A DNA stretch of 64,000 nt from Eledone cirrhosa (taxonomy: Eukaryota), in NCBI GenBank assembly GCA_964016885.1, contig CAXHJY010000046.1, positions 1-64,000 of the forward strand, in the 5' to 3' direction. The notes beneath the pieces are model-generated. The model saw only the letters and a program-made list of their open reading frames with translations, was not told the DNA's origin and did no database searches. Both the position numbers and the translations under genes were made by a program. Position 1 is the stretch's first letter. Each line of letters begins with the position of its first letter. This document shows, one piece after another, positions 26,975-38,538 of the stretch.

Positions 26975-28119
26975 AATAATATTCATCGTTTCTCTACAGA
27001 AAGATTATTAATCTCTAGGTAACGATGCGTGATAGCTCTAAGGATAATATGCATATCCATATAATATAGAAAGAGATTTATGATTCCTGAACGCAAAAAT
27101 AATTCACATATGCAAGCAGGAGCAGAAATAGAATAATACAAGAGGGAGGCTTTGCGAGGTTATACAAGCTACCAACGATAGTAGCCAAACTTCTCCCAAC
27201 GTACAAATCACTTTAAAACCATAGGTAATCCCTTGAAAGTTGGTTGAGTCAACTAAGACCTAAGCCATGATTTTTTAATAATAAAAATAAATAAATATTT
27301 TCTATGAAAAGAGCAGGTTGAGTTTAGGGGTGTAATAGTATCAAATCTTCACACAATATCAGGTGTCTTTACTAAATTGATTGATATTAACATTTGAGCG
27401 GTATTTTTCAGGCATGTTTTGTTTCTACAGTCGTGATTAAGCGAGACTTTAAGATATTTTCCCAGCAGTTTTTGATAAAAGATTGTTCCGACAAATTTTG
27501 TAACGCCTTTAGATCTGACGAAATGTTCAACTTGTTTCAGTTTTACCATATATTGCTTTAGCCATAGTAGAGAAACCACGTTTGACATGCACGTTAGCGT
27601 TTATTGTGACCAAATGCTTTGGCCAGTCCCCAATTGTTATTCAATGCAAAGAAACTTATGCTCATAATTTGTCATTTTGATAGGCATGAAAAGACGCTAG
27701 TAGGAAGTTGATGTAATTATCGGACAGAAAGCTGTAGCTGGCAAGGCCTAATCCTATAGAAGCGCCTGTCCTCTATTGGTTTTGCAATCAAAAAGAAGAT
27801 TAATTCCCTTAGCTGTTCCTCCCTAGCTTGTCTTGACTTGATAAGAGGCGTAATATCCATATTGAAATGCTTGAGAATCGTTCCGCTCGATAAATTTTAT
27901 CATACATTACTTTTATTAGTCCGCAAAGTTTGACCCATACCAATTTCACTAACATCCTCCCCACCATGTATCTCGCTTTTACCACACACACACACACTCT
28001 CTCTCTCTGTCTCTCTCTCTCTCTCTCTCCCTCACCACTCTCTTTCACACCCCCACATCGCGCATTCTTTCAGATATATTTATTAAAATTACATGATTTG
28101 TACCGAAATTTTTTTCAAA

Positions 28120-28260
28120 TTCTTTTATTCCTTTTATTTATTTTATTCCTTTTATTCCTTTTATTTCTTTTATTCCTTTTATTCCTTTTATTTCTTTTAT
28201 TTCTTTTATTCCTTTTATTCCTTTTATTTCTTTTATTTCTTTTATTCCTTTTATTTCTAT
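28120..28260. repeat. 9-bp tandem repeat TTTATT(C/T)CT
   Basis: Direct reading. Confidence 0.9.
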
Positions 28261-28365
28261 TATTCTTCCGAAGACGAAATTTTCTATTTCAAGGGCATCA
28301 ATCTGATAACTATATCTGTTTAAAGATTTGTGTAGATTTGCCCTCTGCTTGTCGTAGACTTTGTG

Positions 28366-28454
<89 letters not shown>

Positions 28455-28456
<2 letters not shown>

Positions 28457-28655
28457 GTTCAAGACCCGACGGCAGAGCTCAGGCCGTTTCGACGGCTATT
28501 CCAGGACTGAAATAGTACAGAAATACCCGTCGAACCGGCTTAAGCTCTGTCGTCGGGGTCTTGAACATTTTCTTATTACCCACTCACTCTACTACCCAAA
28601 GTATTGAGTACTCTGGTGCGTTATGGTCCACCTGGTTCCTTACCACACTTCCTTT

Positions 28656-28658
<3 letters not shown>
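28455..28658 (+). mobile_element. Non-coding fold-back element embedded in (TA)n
   Basis: ~48-bp inverted arms at 28455-28569 plus a ~90-bp unique tail; related copies at 59939-60079, 60101-60425 and 46685-46727. Confidence 0.7.
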
Positions 28659-28706
<48 letters not shown>

Positions 28707-28751
28707 TTATAATATATAAAGACACCAAAATCCGAAGAGGGCTCAATAAAG

Positions 28752-28852
<101 letters not shown>

Positions 28853-29669
28853 ATATATATACGTATATATAAACCCATAGAGCAAATATTTATTTGTGTC
28901 TAAAAATGTATCTTCAACTCATTTGAAAAGTTAATCATTTAAACTGTTTAAATAATATTTCAACACTATCTCATCACTAATACAACAAAATCTGCTCTGT
29001 TTTCATTCAGGTAATCTCTCTGATAGTGCCTCATCACTGTCACGTCTGTTGAGTTCAACATTTAACTTGGTGGATTTGATCATGGTTGATACTGTATAGT
29101 TAGAAATAACGTATTTGAAAAATCTCTTTAGATTTGTATTAAAACTTGCTTTTATAATCTATACAGTATGGGAATTTAAAAAGAGACAATATACTTCCTG
29201 ACATTATACTTCCTGCAAGTATCGGAAAATATTATTTTTTGAATTAAAACCTTTTAATATCAAAAATATTTAAATCAATCAATAGTATTTTCTTCCTCAA
29301 TCAATTACAAATCGCTAAATAAAAGCATTTCAGAATAACAAGTATTGTTTTGATTGTAGAGCCAAGCTCCGTATGACACTTCAGACAAAATGTAATACAA
29401 TGCTAGAGTAAATATCATGATTCTTGACAGACAATCCTTCTCTAGTTTCTAAAACAAACACACACACACATATATATAATTTCTATTATATTGTGTCACT
29501 TTCTCTGGTCTAATAATCTCTTGCAATAATTTCACTGAGTTTATGCAATATTTCATTAGTTTTTTTTTTTTTCAGTTTAGAAGATGTATTGTGATAAAAA
29601 TATTATAAGAAATTATAATAAAAATAAAATTTGTGAAGAGAAATTGAGAGGGGGCAAATTGTGTACTCT

Positions 29670-29830
29670 TAAGTGGAATGTATATCCCAGCTGCACCCGC
29701 TGATAAGATGAACAAATGCTTGCCGTAGAAAACAGCTAGAGGTACCCATTGCAACAGCCATTCTACCAAGCGAGGCTCTTTCCTCAGGCGCGATACCCTC
29801 GTCCAGATGTAGCAAAGAAAATGGTAGTTC
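29670..29830 (-). mobile_element. Degenerate CRE-clade 3' end
   Basis: EWLLQWVPLAVFYGKHLFILSAGAAG, compared with EWLFQRVSLAVLRxNAFSILS in the longer copy. Confidence 0.65.
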
Positions 29831-30196
29831 GGGTAAGCAGCGGTTCAATTTGGTTTTCATCTGGAATTCCGTATTTTTTTTAAAGAATTCAACGAAAGTT
29901 ATTTTAAGATTTCTCTGGGAGTTCATATATAGAACATGAAAACATATTAAAACTTTTTTATCGGACAAAATTTGTTAGGAAGGAAGTAGGTCAATAAAAC
30001 AAGACTCTGAAGCCGGGAAACAGCTTAACTAGTTTTATATACAAAGGGAGTTAAGTCAACTACGATGAACCTTTTAATAATGTTTCTAATTCAATAGAAT
30101 TAAAAATAAACATCTGATCACCAGTAAAATTTTAATTCACCAAGGCCTTCGCCCTTTTGGTTATTATATCTCTATATAAGCCTCTTCTGCTCTCAT

Positions 30197-30240
<44 letters not shown>

Positions 30241-30262
30241 ACACACAAAACGCCAGCACCAA

Positions 30263-30470
30263 CAGTTTTGCAAGAGATGACAACATGAATGGACCTGTTA
30301 TTTTTATCTAAAGACATTTTTATCCAATTTCAACCCTGCCCGTCCCCCAATCTATGTCCGAAACGTTAAGACCCTCTTCCTGCTATATCAAGTGTAAACC
30401 TAATATATCCCTTCCATATACTGTACCGATTGTGTTGTTATTTCTGTTTACCTTTTACATATATATATAT
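30263..30470 (+). mobile_element. Second copy of the 17985-18215 pseudo-LTR, hammerhead 5' half deleted
   Basis: Near-identical flanks; retains only GTCCGAAACGTTAAGACC. Confidence 0.65.
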
Positions 30471-30552
30471 ATTATTTTTTACAACATCACCATCCAGATA
30501 TCCAACCAACTACGACCCCTGCACTACAACAAAAACGTACAACATCAATAAT

Positions 30553-30727
30553 TGTTTCTACTTTTGGCACAAGGTCAGCAATTACCCAGTACATTACCGG
30601 TACTTTATTTTATCGACCCCGTAATGATGAAAGGCAAAGTTAATCTTGGCGGGATTTGAACTCAGACCATAAAGGGCCGTAACTCTTTGCTGCAAAGAGT
30701 TACCGCCCTTTATGGTCTGAGTTCAAA
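30553..30727 (-). mobile_element. SINE family A with a fold-back (inverted) 5' end
   Basis: 16-bp TSD GTACAACATCAATAAT; 73-bp hairpin at 30655-30727. Confidence 0.85.
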
Positions 30728-30744
30728 GGTACAACATCAATAAT

Positions 30745-30920
30745 TGTTACTTCTTTAGGCACAAGGCCAGCAATTACCCAGTGCATTACTGGTACTTTAT
30801 TTTATCGACCCCGTAAGGATGAAAGGCAAAGTTAACCTCGGCGGGATTTGAACTCAGACCGTAAAGGGACGTAACTATGCTGGAAAGCATGGCGTCCGAC
30901 TCTCTACCGATACTGCCAAT
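30745..30920 (-). mobile_element. SINE family A
   Basis: Matches the 17179-17358 copy; CAATAAT TSD. Confidence 0.85.
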
Positions 30921-32510
30921 CAATAATGATACCATTGAGACTGAGATAAGAAAACTCCATTTAAGGCAGAACCTGGAGGAGACTTGATTGTCGGCTACTG
31001 GTACAAAAAACTGACTTTCAACCGGATGTATTTTATCAACTTCTACCAGCAAGCTCTCAAAGGAAATGCTACACATACAAACTAGAAAACTTTAGCAGAA
31101 ACAATATTGGTCCCAAGAACAAAGACACCCACTTGGCAAAAAAAGAAAAAAAAATTAAGCCTGACCCGTTGTATGCTAGAACCTACCGTATAAAATGTAT
31201 AGAGTCTACCTGAACCTATTTCTCCAAAATCACTGTGACAATATCATCACAGAGGAGCAAGCAGCTAGAGAGTAAGGTGTTTGGGGTGTACTGAACAGCT
31301 CCTAATTAACAAAACCGTGACGTCAGAGGTGCATCGACATGAGTGGAACATGGTTATATTCTGGCTGGACTAGAGAAAAGCATTCGAATCTGTTCACCAC
31401 TCTTGGATGATAGAGGACATCTGACTTGCTAAAGTTCCTGACACCATTATTAGAACCATAGAGAGCCTATCTTCTTTGGCTACAATCCTAAAGTTAAATA
31501 CAGAGAAGGAGGATTATATATGCACTTATAAAATGAAATATTACAGGACACTGTCCCACTGTACTACTATTTATGCTGCCATTAAACCTCTTGTTCTTTC
31601 TGCTCAAGAAATACGAATGATACATAGTTGGTTCACAAAAGGACAGGAACACAGCCCTAACCCATAATTGATTTGCGAATGACTTGAAACTCTATGTCAA
31701 GAACGTAAATGTGGTGAAGCAAAACCTTGATCTTGTTTCGATGTTCTCGAAAGATATAGGAATGGAGTGTGGCCTAATCATTTCACCGGTATGTGATGTG
31801 AAAAGCTTCAGATATCTAGTAATAGATGAAACATAAAATCAGTGGAATACTTAATTGAACAGAAGATGAAATTCAAGCCATTGATGTTAAAACCCAATGA
31901 ATCCTAACACCGGAAATGTGGGTGTCAACAGTGATATAAACTGCGACTACCTAAAAATGGAGGCAGAGGCCTACAATCAGTCCAAACAACATTTGAGTGT
32001 TATATTATATCCCTCGGACAGCATCGAAGAACTGCTAAGCGCAGGAACCCATCTATCTAACAAGTCTGTGTGCACGAGACAGATAACGCCATGAGAGTTG
32101 GAAAGAGCTCCTTGAGAAATACTCATTGCATGATAACCAACATTTCTCACTCAGGTAAATAGCACATAACGTAATGAATCCATGGTTGAAAAACTGCATG
32201 CTTATCAGCAAAACATCTAGCATGGCTATGTTGCCAGGAAGATCCACATTGAGAGTATTAGAGATATGCAAAGTAGTGTATCTTGATCCAACAAATGCTA
32301 CATTGACTCTCACTTTAAAGGATATTATTTTGCAATCCAAGTAAAAGAAATAACTACAAAATACCCAATTCACGAAAGAGATAGGGATGCAGGGAAGACA
32401 ACTAGACGTAACAACAAATGGATGCAGCCTCTGCGGAATTAATAACGAAGATGTCAGCTGTATCATATGTTTTTCCTACTGAGGTAGAGGGGGTGTTCTT
32501 CTATAATAAT

Positions 32511-32697
32511 TGTTTCTACTTTTGGCACAAGGCCAGCAATTATGCCAGTGCATTACTGGTACTTTATTTTATCGACCCCGTAAGGATGAAAGGCAAAGTT
32601 AACCTCGGCGGGATTTGAACTCAGATCATAAAGGACCGTAACTCTTTGTTGCAAAGCATGGCATCCGACCCTCTACCGATACTGTCAATCCACCGCC
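32511..32697 (-). mobile_element. SINE family A
   Basis: Full length to ..CCACCGCC; CTATAATA TSD. Confidence 0.85.
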
Positions 32698-32777
32698 CTA
32701 TAATAGTACCCTGAAAACAATTAGATCACATGTGAAATAACATCCACACCAGCACATACAGATGTACAGGCAAACAC

Positions 32778-32809
<32 letters not shown>

Positions 32810-32960
32810 AGAGATCGATAGATAGATGGGATAGAGAGAGAAGGAGAGAGATAGGCGTGGGTTTTTACCTAGTTGATGCTATTTAAAATTCAATGAAAGA
32901 ATCTCGAATCTATTTGAGAATTCGGCTCTCTCTCAATTTGTGAAAATTTATAAAATAATT

Positions 32961-33059
32961 GTTTCTACTTTTGGCACAAGGCCAGCAATTATCAGTGCAT
33001 TACTGGTACTTTATTTTATCTACCCCGTAAGGATGAAAGGCAAAGTTAACCTCGGCGCC
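32961..33059 (-). mobile_element. SINE family A, 5'-truncated
   Basis: 14-bp TSD ATTTATAAAATAAT. Confidence 0.85.
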
Positions 33060-33297
33060 ATTTATAAAATAATAAAACCAGAAAAATGTACATACATACA
33101 TAGATGCATACATACATGGGAGACTATTTATTAAATTTAAGATGAATACTATCTCCGACAGTAGTGCCACAACTACACTCATGTTGAATAACTGGTTATT
33201 ATTCTAACTATATCTTCTGAAGACACCTTTTATTCGAATTCGTAGAGATATCCGACTAAATACATAATTCATTTTACAAGGATTTGCTACAAACCAC

Positions 33298-36200
33298 ATG
33301 GCTGAACACAACATCAACAACAAAATTAAGGAAGTATCGAAGACAAACAACAAGAAAGGTAAACGAACTTTATTCAGTTGTAGCTACAGAAGAAACCGAA
33401 ATTATAAATCGCATTTCTCTTGGAGTTATGAACTTAATAATGATTTATTTAATTGTTATAAAATGGCAAAAAACAATCCCTCCATTGGCTATATGAATAG
33501 AATGAAGCTACACTGGGACGAAATACACCCAGAGCTAAATTATTTCACGGCGAGGCAATTACGCCAACAAGCGACGTTTGTTGAACGTAAAAATAAGATA
33601 AATAATATTAATTGTAAGTCCCCCACAACAAACATGTTATCAAAAACATGTGCTACAGGTCGCCATGCTACTAGACTTCCTAGCAGCCAGGTCGAACAGC
33701 GCCTTGAAACAACTATGCCTGTAAGAAACTTGACACCACCTGTACCATCAAAGTCTACCTCGAATGCTGGGGAAAACACTATCGATAATAATAATTGTTT
33801 CTACTTTAGGCACAAGGCCAGCAATTACCCAGTGCATTACTGGTACTTTATTTTATCGACCCCGTAAGGATGAAAGGCAAAGTCAACCTCGGCGGGATTT
33901 GAACTCAGATCGTAAAGGGACGTAACTATGCTGGAAAGCATGGCGTCCGACCCTCTACCGATACTGCCAATCCACCAATAATAATCGAAGAAATTTGACA
34001 CCACATGTACCATCCGAGTCTACCTCGACCGTTGTGGAAAATATTATTGATAATGATGATAATCAAAAGTATAAACAATTGAACATTTCCCTCAACGTAA
34101 TCTTCCAGAGAGAAATTAATTCATGTATAAATATTTCTCTTGCTGAACGTATTAAAACGACAATGTTTCATAAAAAACCAAATAATGAAACATTACGTGT
34201 TATTGACGAAATAGGGGATGGATATTTACGACGGATAAAAACCCCAACATTCTGGCAAATCAACGCTTGTTTATATGCCTTACCAACGAGAGTGAAGCAT
34301 TATCTTGGTGATAGCAGAGATATTAACAAGAACAGAACACCACAAAAAATACCATCATATATAACTAAAATAGAAAAAAAGATTGCTGACCTACGAAAAA
34401 CCATAGGATATGTGACAATGCTCCTTACGTGCAAACAAACACAAAAAAACCTCACTCCTTACCAACAAAACTGCGATGTCGGAGGTGCGACAACTTAGGA
34501 GGAATATGGCTACAGTCTGGCTGGACTACAGGAAAGCTTTCGATTCTGTTCCCCGCTCTTGGATGATAGAGGCCCTCCAACTTGCTACAGTTCCAGACAT
34601 TATTGTCAGAGCCATAGAGAGGCTATCTTCTTCTTGGGCTACTATCCTAAGGTTAAAGACAGAGAGGGAGGACTCTATTTTCACTGATAAAATAAAATAT
34701 CGCAGGGATATATTTCACGGGGACAGTCTCTCTGTGATATTATTCATCTTGTCATTAAACCCCTTGTCCTTTCTGCTCAAGAAATGTGAGAGATACATCA
34801 TTGGCTCACAGGAGGACAGAAATAAGAACCTAACCCATAATTTCTTTGTGGACGATCTGAAACTCTATGCCAAGGACATGGATGGGATGAAGAAAAATCT
34901 TGACCTTGTTACAACGTTCTCAAAGGATATAGGAATGGAGTTTGGCCAAGATAAATGCTCATACATGACTGTAAAGCGGGGAAAAACAATAACCCAATCT
35001 AGTAACATTGTTATCAATGGTCTAACTGTTTCACCGATATCTGATGAGGACTGCTACAGATACCTGGGGATAGATGAGAACATATCCTATAATGGTATCT
35101 GTAATAAAGAACGCGTAACCAGGGAATACTACACCCGATTAAGAAAGATCTGGTCATCGTAACTCTCTGCGCCAAACAAAACAGTCGCTCACAATGTGTT
35201 TGCTGTGCCTGTCCTAACACCAACGTTTGGAATACTTATTTGGACGATAGACGAAATCCGAGCAGTTGATGTTGGAACTCGAAAAATACTGAACAACACC
35301 GGAAACTTCCACATCAACAGTGACATAGACCGCCTTTACTTGAAACGTAAGCAAGGAGGCAGAGGCCTAACATCAGTCCAGACAACATTTGAATGTCGCA
35401 TCATATCTCTCCGACAACATCTATGAATCTCGAAGCGTAGGAGCCCGCTTCTCGAGCAAGTCTATCTGCATGAAACAGATAAGATCATGAGAGTTGGGAA
35501 AGAACTCCTTGAGAGATATTCCCTGTGTGATAATCAAAAACTCACACCCAGGGAAGTCGCTCAGCGGTATCGCAGTGAATCCATGGATGAAAAACTGCAT
35601 GCCTATCAGCAAAAAACCTTGCATGGATATGTTGCCAGGAAGCTCCAGAGTGAGAGTAATATAGATAAGGAAAGTAGTCTATCTTGGACCAACAACCGCT
35701 ATATTGGCTCCCACTTTGAAGAATACACTTTTGCAATCCCAAAACACGAGATTAACACGAAATACCTGATTCACAAAAGTGATAGGGATGCAGAAAAAAC
35801 ACCTAGTTGTGATAACAAGTGCAGACTCTGCAGAACTAACATCGAGGATATCACCCATGTCATCAGCAGCTGTCCAAAGGTGTCACGCGGTACTATCTAC
35901 CTAAGAGGCATGATGAAGTAGCCAAACCACTGTACAATGCAGTTTGTAAAAAAGATAGCCCCGATAATAAACACATTAAAAACTACAGCAATGTGGAAGA
36001 CATCCATGTACATAATATGAAAGAGTACTGGTGGAATGTTCCAGTAAAAACCCCAATAAAATGCAGGCATAACAGACCAGATATTATGATATGGGACAGA
36101 GAGAAGAAAGCATGCACAATAGTGGAAATTAGCTGCCCAGCAGAAACCAATATAATATCAAAGATTAGTGAAAAGGAGAATATTTATGCAGAACTGATGA

Positions 36201-36415
36201 GAAATCTGCAGATACTCCACCCTGATTACACCTTCAGATTTATGCCTGTGATTATTGGGGCACTGGGATATGTAAGTAACTGCCTCAATACAAATCTTGA
36301 GAAGCTGGGCTTTACAGGAACAGAAAGAACACAACTAGTTAGGAAATTACAAGTACAATCCATTAATGGAACAGTAAAATTATGTAAAACAGTCCAAAGA
36401 TTTTGCATCAAATAA
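33298..36415 (+). pseudogene. Disrupted R4-clade polyprotein ORF (pieces 33298-33795, 33986-34470, 34476-35162, 35196-35426, 35487-35921, 35993-36415)
   Basis: SINE insertion, internal deletion of RT0-RT2 near 34465, in-frame stops and a frameshift. Confidence 0.85.
33796..33976 (-). mobile_element. SINE family A inserted in the R4 ORF
   Basis: AATAATAAT TSD; removing SINE and one TSD restores the reading frame (..IDNNN-RRNLTPH..). Confidence 0.9.
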
Positions 36416-36700
36416 CTGCATATATACATGTACAGATAGAAAGTATATACACTTGCACGCATACAACTCAACACATACACATACATACATAGAATAACAT
36501 CCATACCTACACATGCATGGATGCAGACATACATACATATCTACCTAGTTGATTGCGTGTAAATTCCAATGAGAAAGTCTTGTGTCTATGTTAGAAACCG
36601 ACTCTCTTTCTATTGGCAAAAATTTGTGAAATTATAAAACCAGAAGAACGTACAAACATACATACAAACATACATATATACATATATACATACATACATA

Positions 36701-37297
36701 CATGGTGGCTGCCAACTCGTTTTCCAGTACGGCCACTACTTTAAATCCATGCGCTGAACGATGCGCTGAACGAGTGTGACTTTTTAGTCCAGCCAGCGAC
36801 TTGAAAACTCTAGTGCAAACACTACACTTGTGACAATTATTGACACATAGTGCTGGGCCCATGGTACCATGTGAGGAGAAGTGCAGAGAGATCTCCAGAT
36901 ATAAAGCAATGCCTGTGCCGTGAAGCTTTTATAGTGAGCAAAGGCACTGCACAAAGCCAGTCCCACTCTCTTAACCAAGATGATATTTACCAAAAAGAAG
37001 AACATGTCAACATCATTGGATACCATCAGGGTTGCAGGTGTTATATCAGAGTTTTCCTTCTTCTAGAATTCTGCCTTGACAAAGACTAAGGGGTCATCTC
37101 TCCCGGTGATTTTGGATTGCCATTGACTCTTAAGAGCTCCTTTGCCCTTTGACAGGTTTTGTTTTTAGTCCTGCAAAATGTCCAAAGTCACCCTCCTCAC
37201 CAAGAAACCTTGGTGGGGTTGCCAGTTTAGTCGCCAACGACCCGACCACAGGTTGTACTGGGATACATGTTACCAGTAGCACCAACTGGTGACCTGA
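36701..37297 (-). mobile_element. Bipartite non-autonomous RTE derivative (5'UTR fused to 3' end) with (ATGT)n tail
   Basis: 5'UTR-like CTAGAAGAAGGAAAACTCTGATAT; C-terminal C2H2 remnant CSVCTRVFKSLAGLKSHTRSAH; a second 3' stub at 37454-37538. Confidence 0.65.
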
Positions 37298-37327
37298 CAT
37301 ACATACATACATACATACATACATACA

Positions 37328-37361
<34 letters not shown>

Positions 37362-37648
37362 CATACATACATACAAACATACATACATACATACATACAT
37401 ACATACATACATACATACATACATACATACATACATACATACATACATACATACATGGTGGCTGCCAACTCGTTTTAGAGTACGGCCACTACTTTATAAC
37501 CATGTAGGAGAAGCCCTACCGAAGCGCTGAACGAGATGCATACATACATACATACATACATACATACATACATACATACATAATACATACATACATACAT
37601 ACATACATACATACATACATACATACATACATACATACATACATACAT
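37298..37648. repeat. (ACAT)n arrays
   Basis: Direct reading; interrupted at 37454-37538. Confidence 0.95.
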
Positions 37649-37649
37649 A

Positions 37650-37943
37650 AAGGAAGTTATGACGACGAGTGTTTCAGTTGTTTCGATCAATGGAACAGCC
37701 TACACGTGAAATCAACGTGCAATTGGCTGAACATTCCACAAACACGCGTACCCTTAATGTGGCTCTCAGGGAGATTCAGCGCGACACAGAATCTGACAAG
37801 GCTTTACTTCGAATTACAGGTACAACTCAATTTTGCCAGCTGAGTGGACTGGAGCAACGTGAAATAAAGCGTCTTGCTCAAGGACAGAGCACGCCGCTGG
37901 GAATCGAACTCACGGCCTTGCGATCGGGATTCAAATTCCCTAA
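37650..37943 (-). mobile_element. SINE family B, near full length
   Basis: B box GAGTTCGATTCCC; CORE-like CCTTGAGCAAGACGCTTTATTTCACGTTGCTCCAGTCCACTCAGCTG; (TATG)n tail. Confidence 0.8.
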
Positions 37944-37945
37944 CT

Positions 37946-38047
37946 AAAATCACCGGTTCTTGTCCAATCACCGAAGTTAAGCAACGTCGAGCCTAGTTAG
38001 TACTTAGATGGGAGACTGCTTGGGAATCCTAGGTGCAGTAAACATTT
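37946..38047 (+). pseudogene. 5'-truncated 5S rRNA pseudogene (retrocopy)
   Basis: CACCGGTTCTTGTCCAATCACCGAAGTTAAGCAACGTCGAGCCTAGTTAGTACTTAGATGGGAGACTGCTTGGGAATCCTAGGTGCAGTAAACATTT closely follows metazoan 5S; roughly the first 20 nt are missing. Confidence 0.9.
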
Positions 38048-38078
38048 AACATACATACATACATACATACATACATGT

Positions 38079-38538
38079 AGTGATGTCTAAAAACAGCTGA
38101 CTGATAATATGCCAGTCAATCATATTGAAGGCCCACCCACAGCCCCGGCGGACAGAATGGAGAAGGCGTTTCCCCGGAGGACGGCAAGGGGGACGCGCTG
38201 GAAAAGCCACTCCAACTCGCGAGACTCACACCTGCGGCTGGACAGCTCAGCGCCTATGGTGGTGAGTAAGGAGGTAGCCCTAGGGCCGAGGACACCAGAA
38301 GTCTCCACTGCCAAGGGTACAACTGCAAACCTGTCGGAGAGCGACCCTCATATGAAGAGTTTGTCCTCCTCAGCCCGACGTGCAGCAGAACCTGGGTTAG
38401 TCGCAGACTGCACCAGGTGGCGAGCTGGAATGGCCTTTCCAGCGCGTCTCTTTTGCCGTCCCCCGAGGAAACACCTTCTCCATTCTGTCCGCCGGGGCCG
38501 TGGGGAGGCCACCGGCAGACAGATATTTTAGACATCAC
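38079..38538. mobile_element. Two CRE-clade 3' ends joined head-to-head (minus 38079-38416, plus 38419-38538)
   Basis: AVETSGVLGP..LFQRVPLAVLRGNAFSILS on minus; same terminus on plus; ends GTGATGTCTAAAA / TTTTAGACATCAC. Confidence 0.8.

Larger units (their letters stand above)
30921..33090 (+). mobile_element. Old, degenerate R4/Dong-clade element, interrupted by two SINEs
   Basis: DLIVGYWYKKL (RT0), VPKNKDT, HCDNIITEEQA..GVWGCTEQLLINKT; nucleotide homology to 34470-35880 and to the 3'UTR at 36540-36649. Confidence 0.75.
33118..36649 (+). mobile_element. R4/Dong-clade non-LTR retrotransposon (RT plus restriction-like endonuclease), near full length but inactivated
   Basis: N-terminal W..ELN.DLFNCY..GYMNRM..W domain; WLDYRKAFDSVP, FHGDSLS, FVDDLKLY, YRYLGI, DRLYLKRKQGGRGL; CRLC..HVISSC; RPDIMI..VEISCP..EK..Y; VIIGALG; flanked by (ACAT)n. 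Confidence 0.92.

Noticed and set aside
29005-29095. Candidate minus-strand terminal exon (CTAAC..TACAG acceptor; STMIKSTKLNVELNRRDSDEALSERLPE*)
   Set aside because: No recognisable homology or partner exons; needs RNA-seq
37946-38047. Functional 5S rRNA gene
   Set aside because: 5' end missing, isolated, with substitutions; treated as a pseudogene
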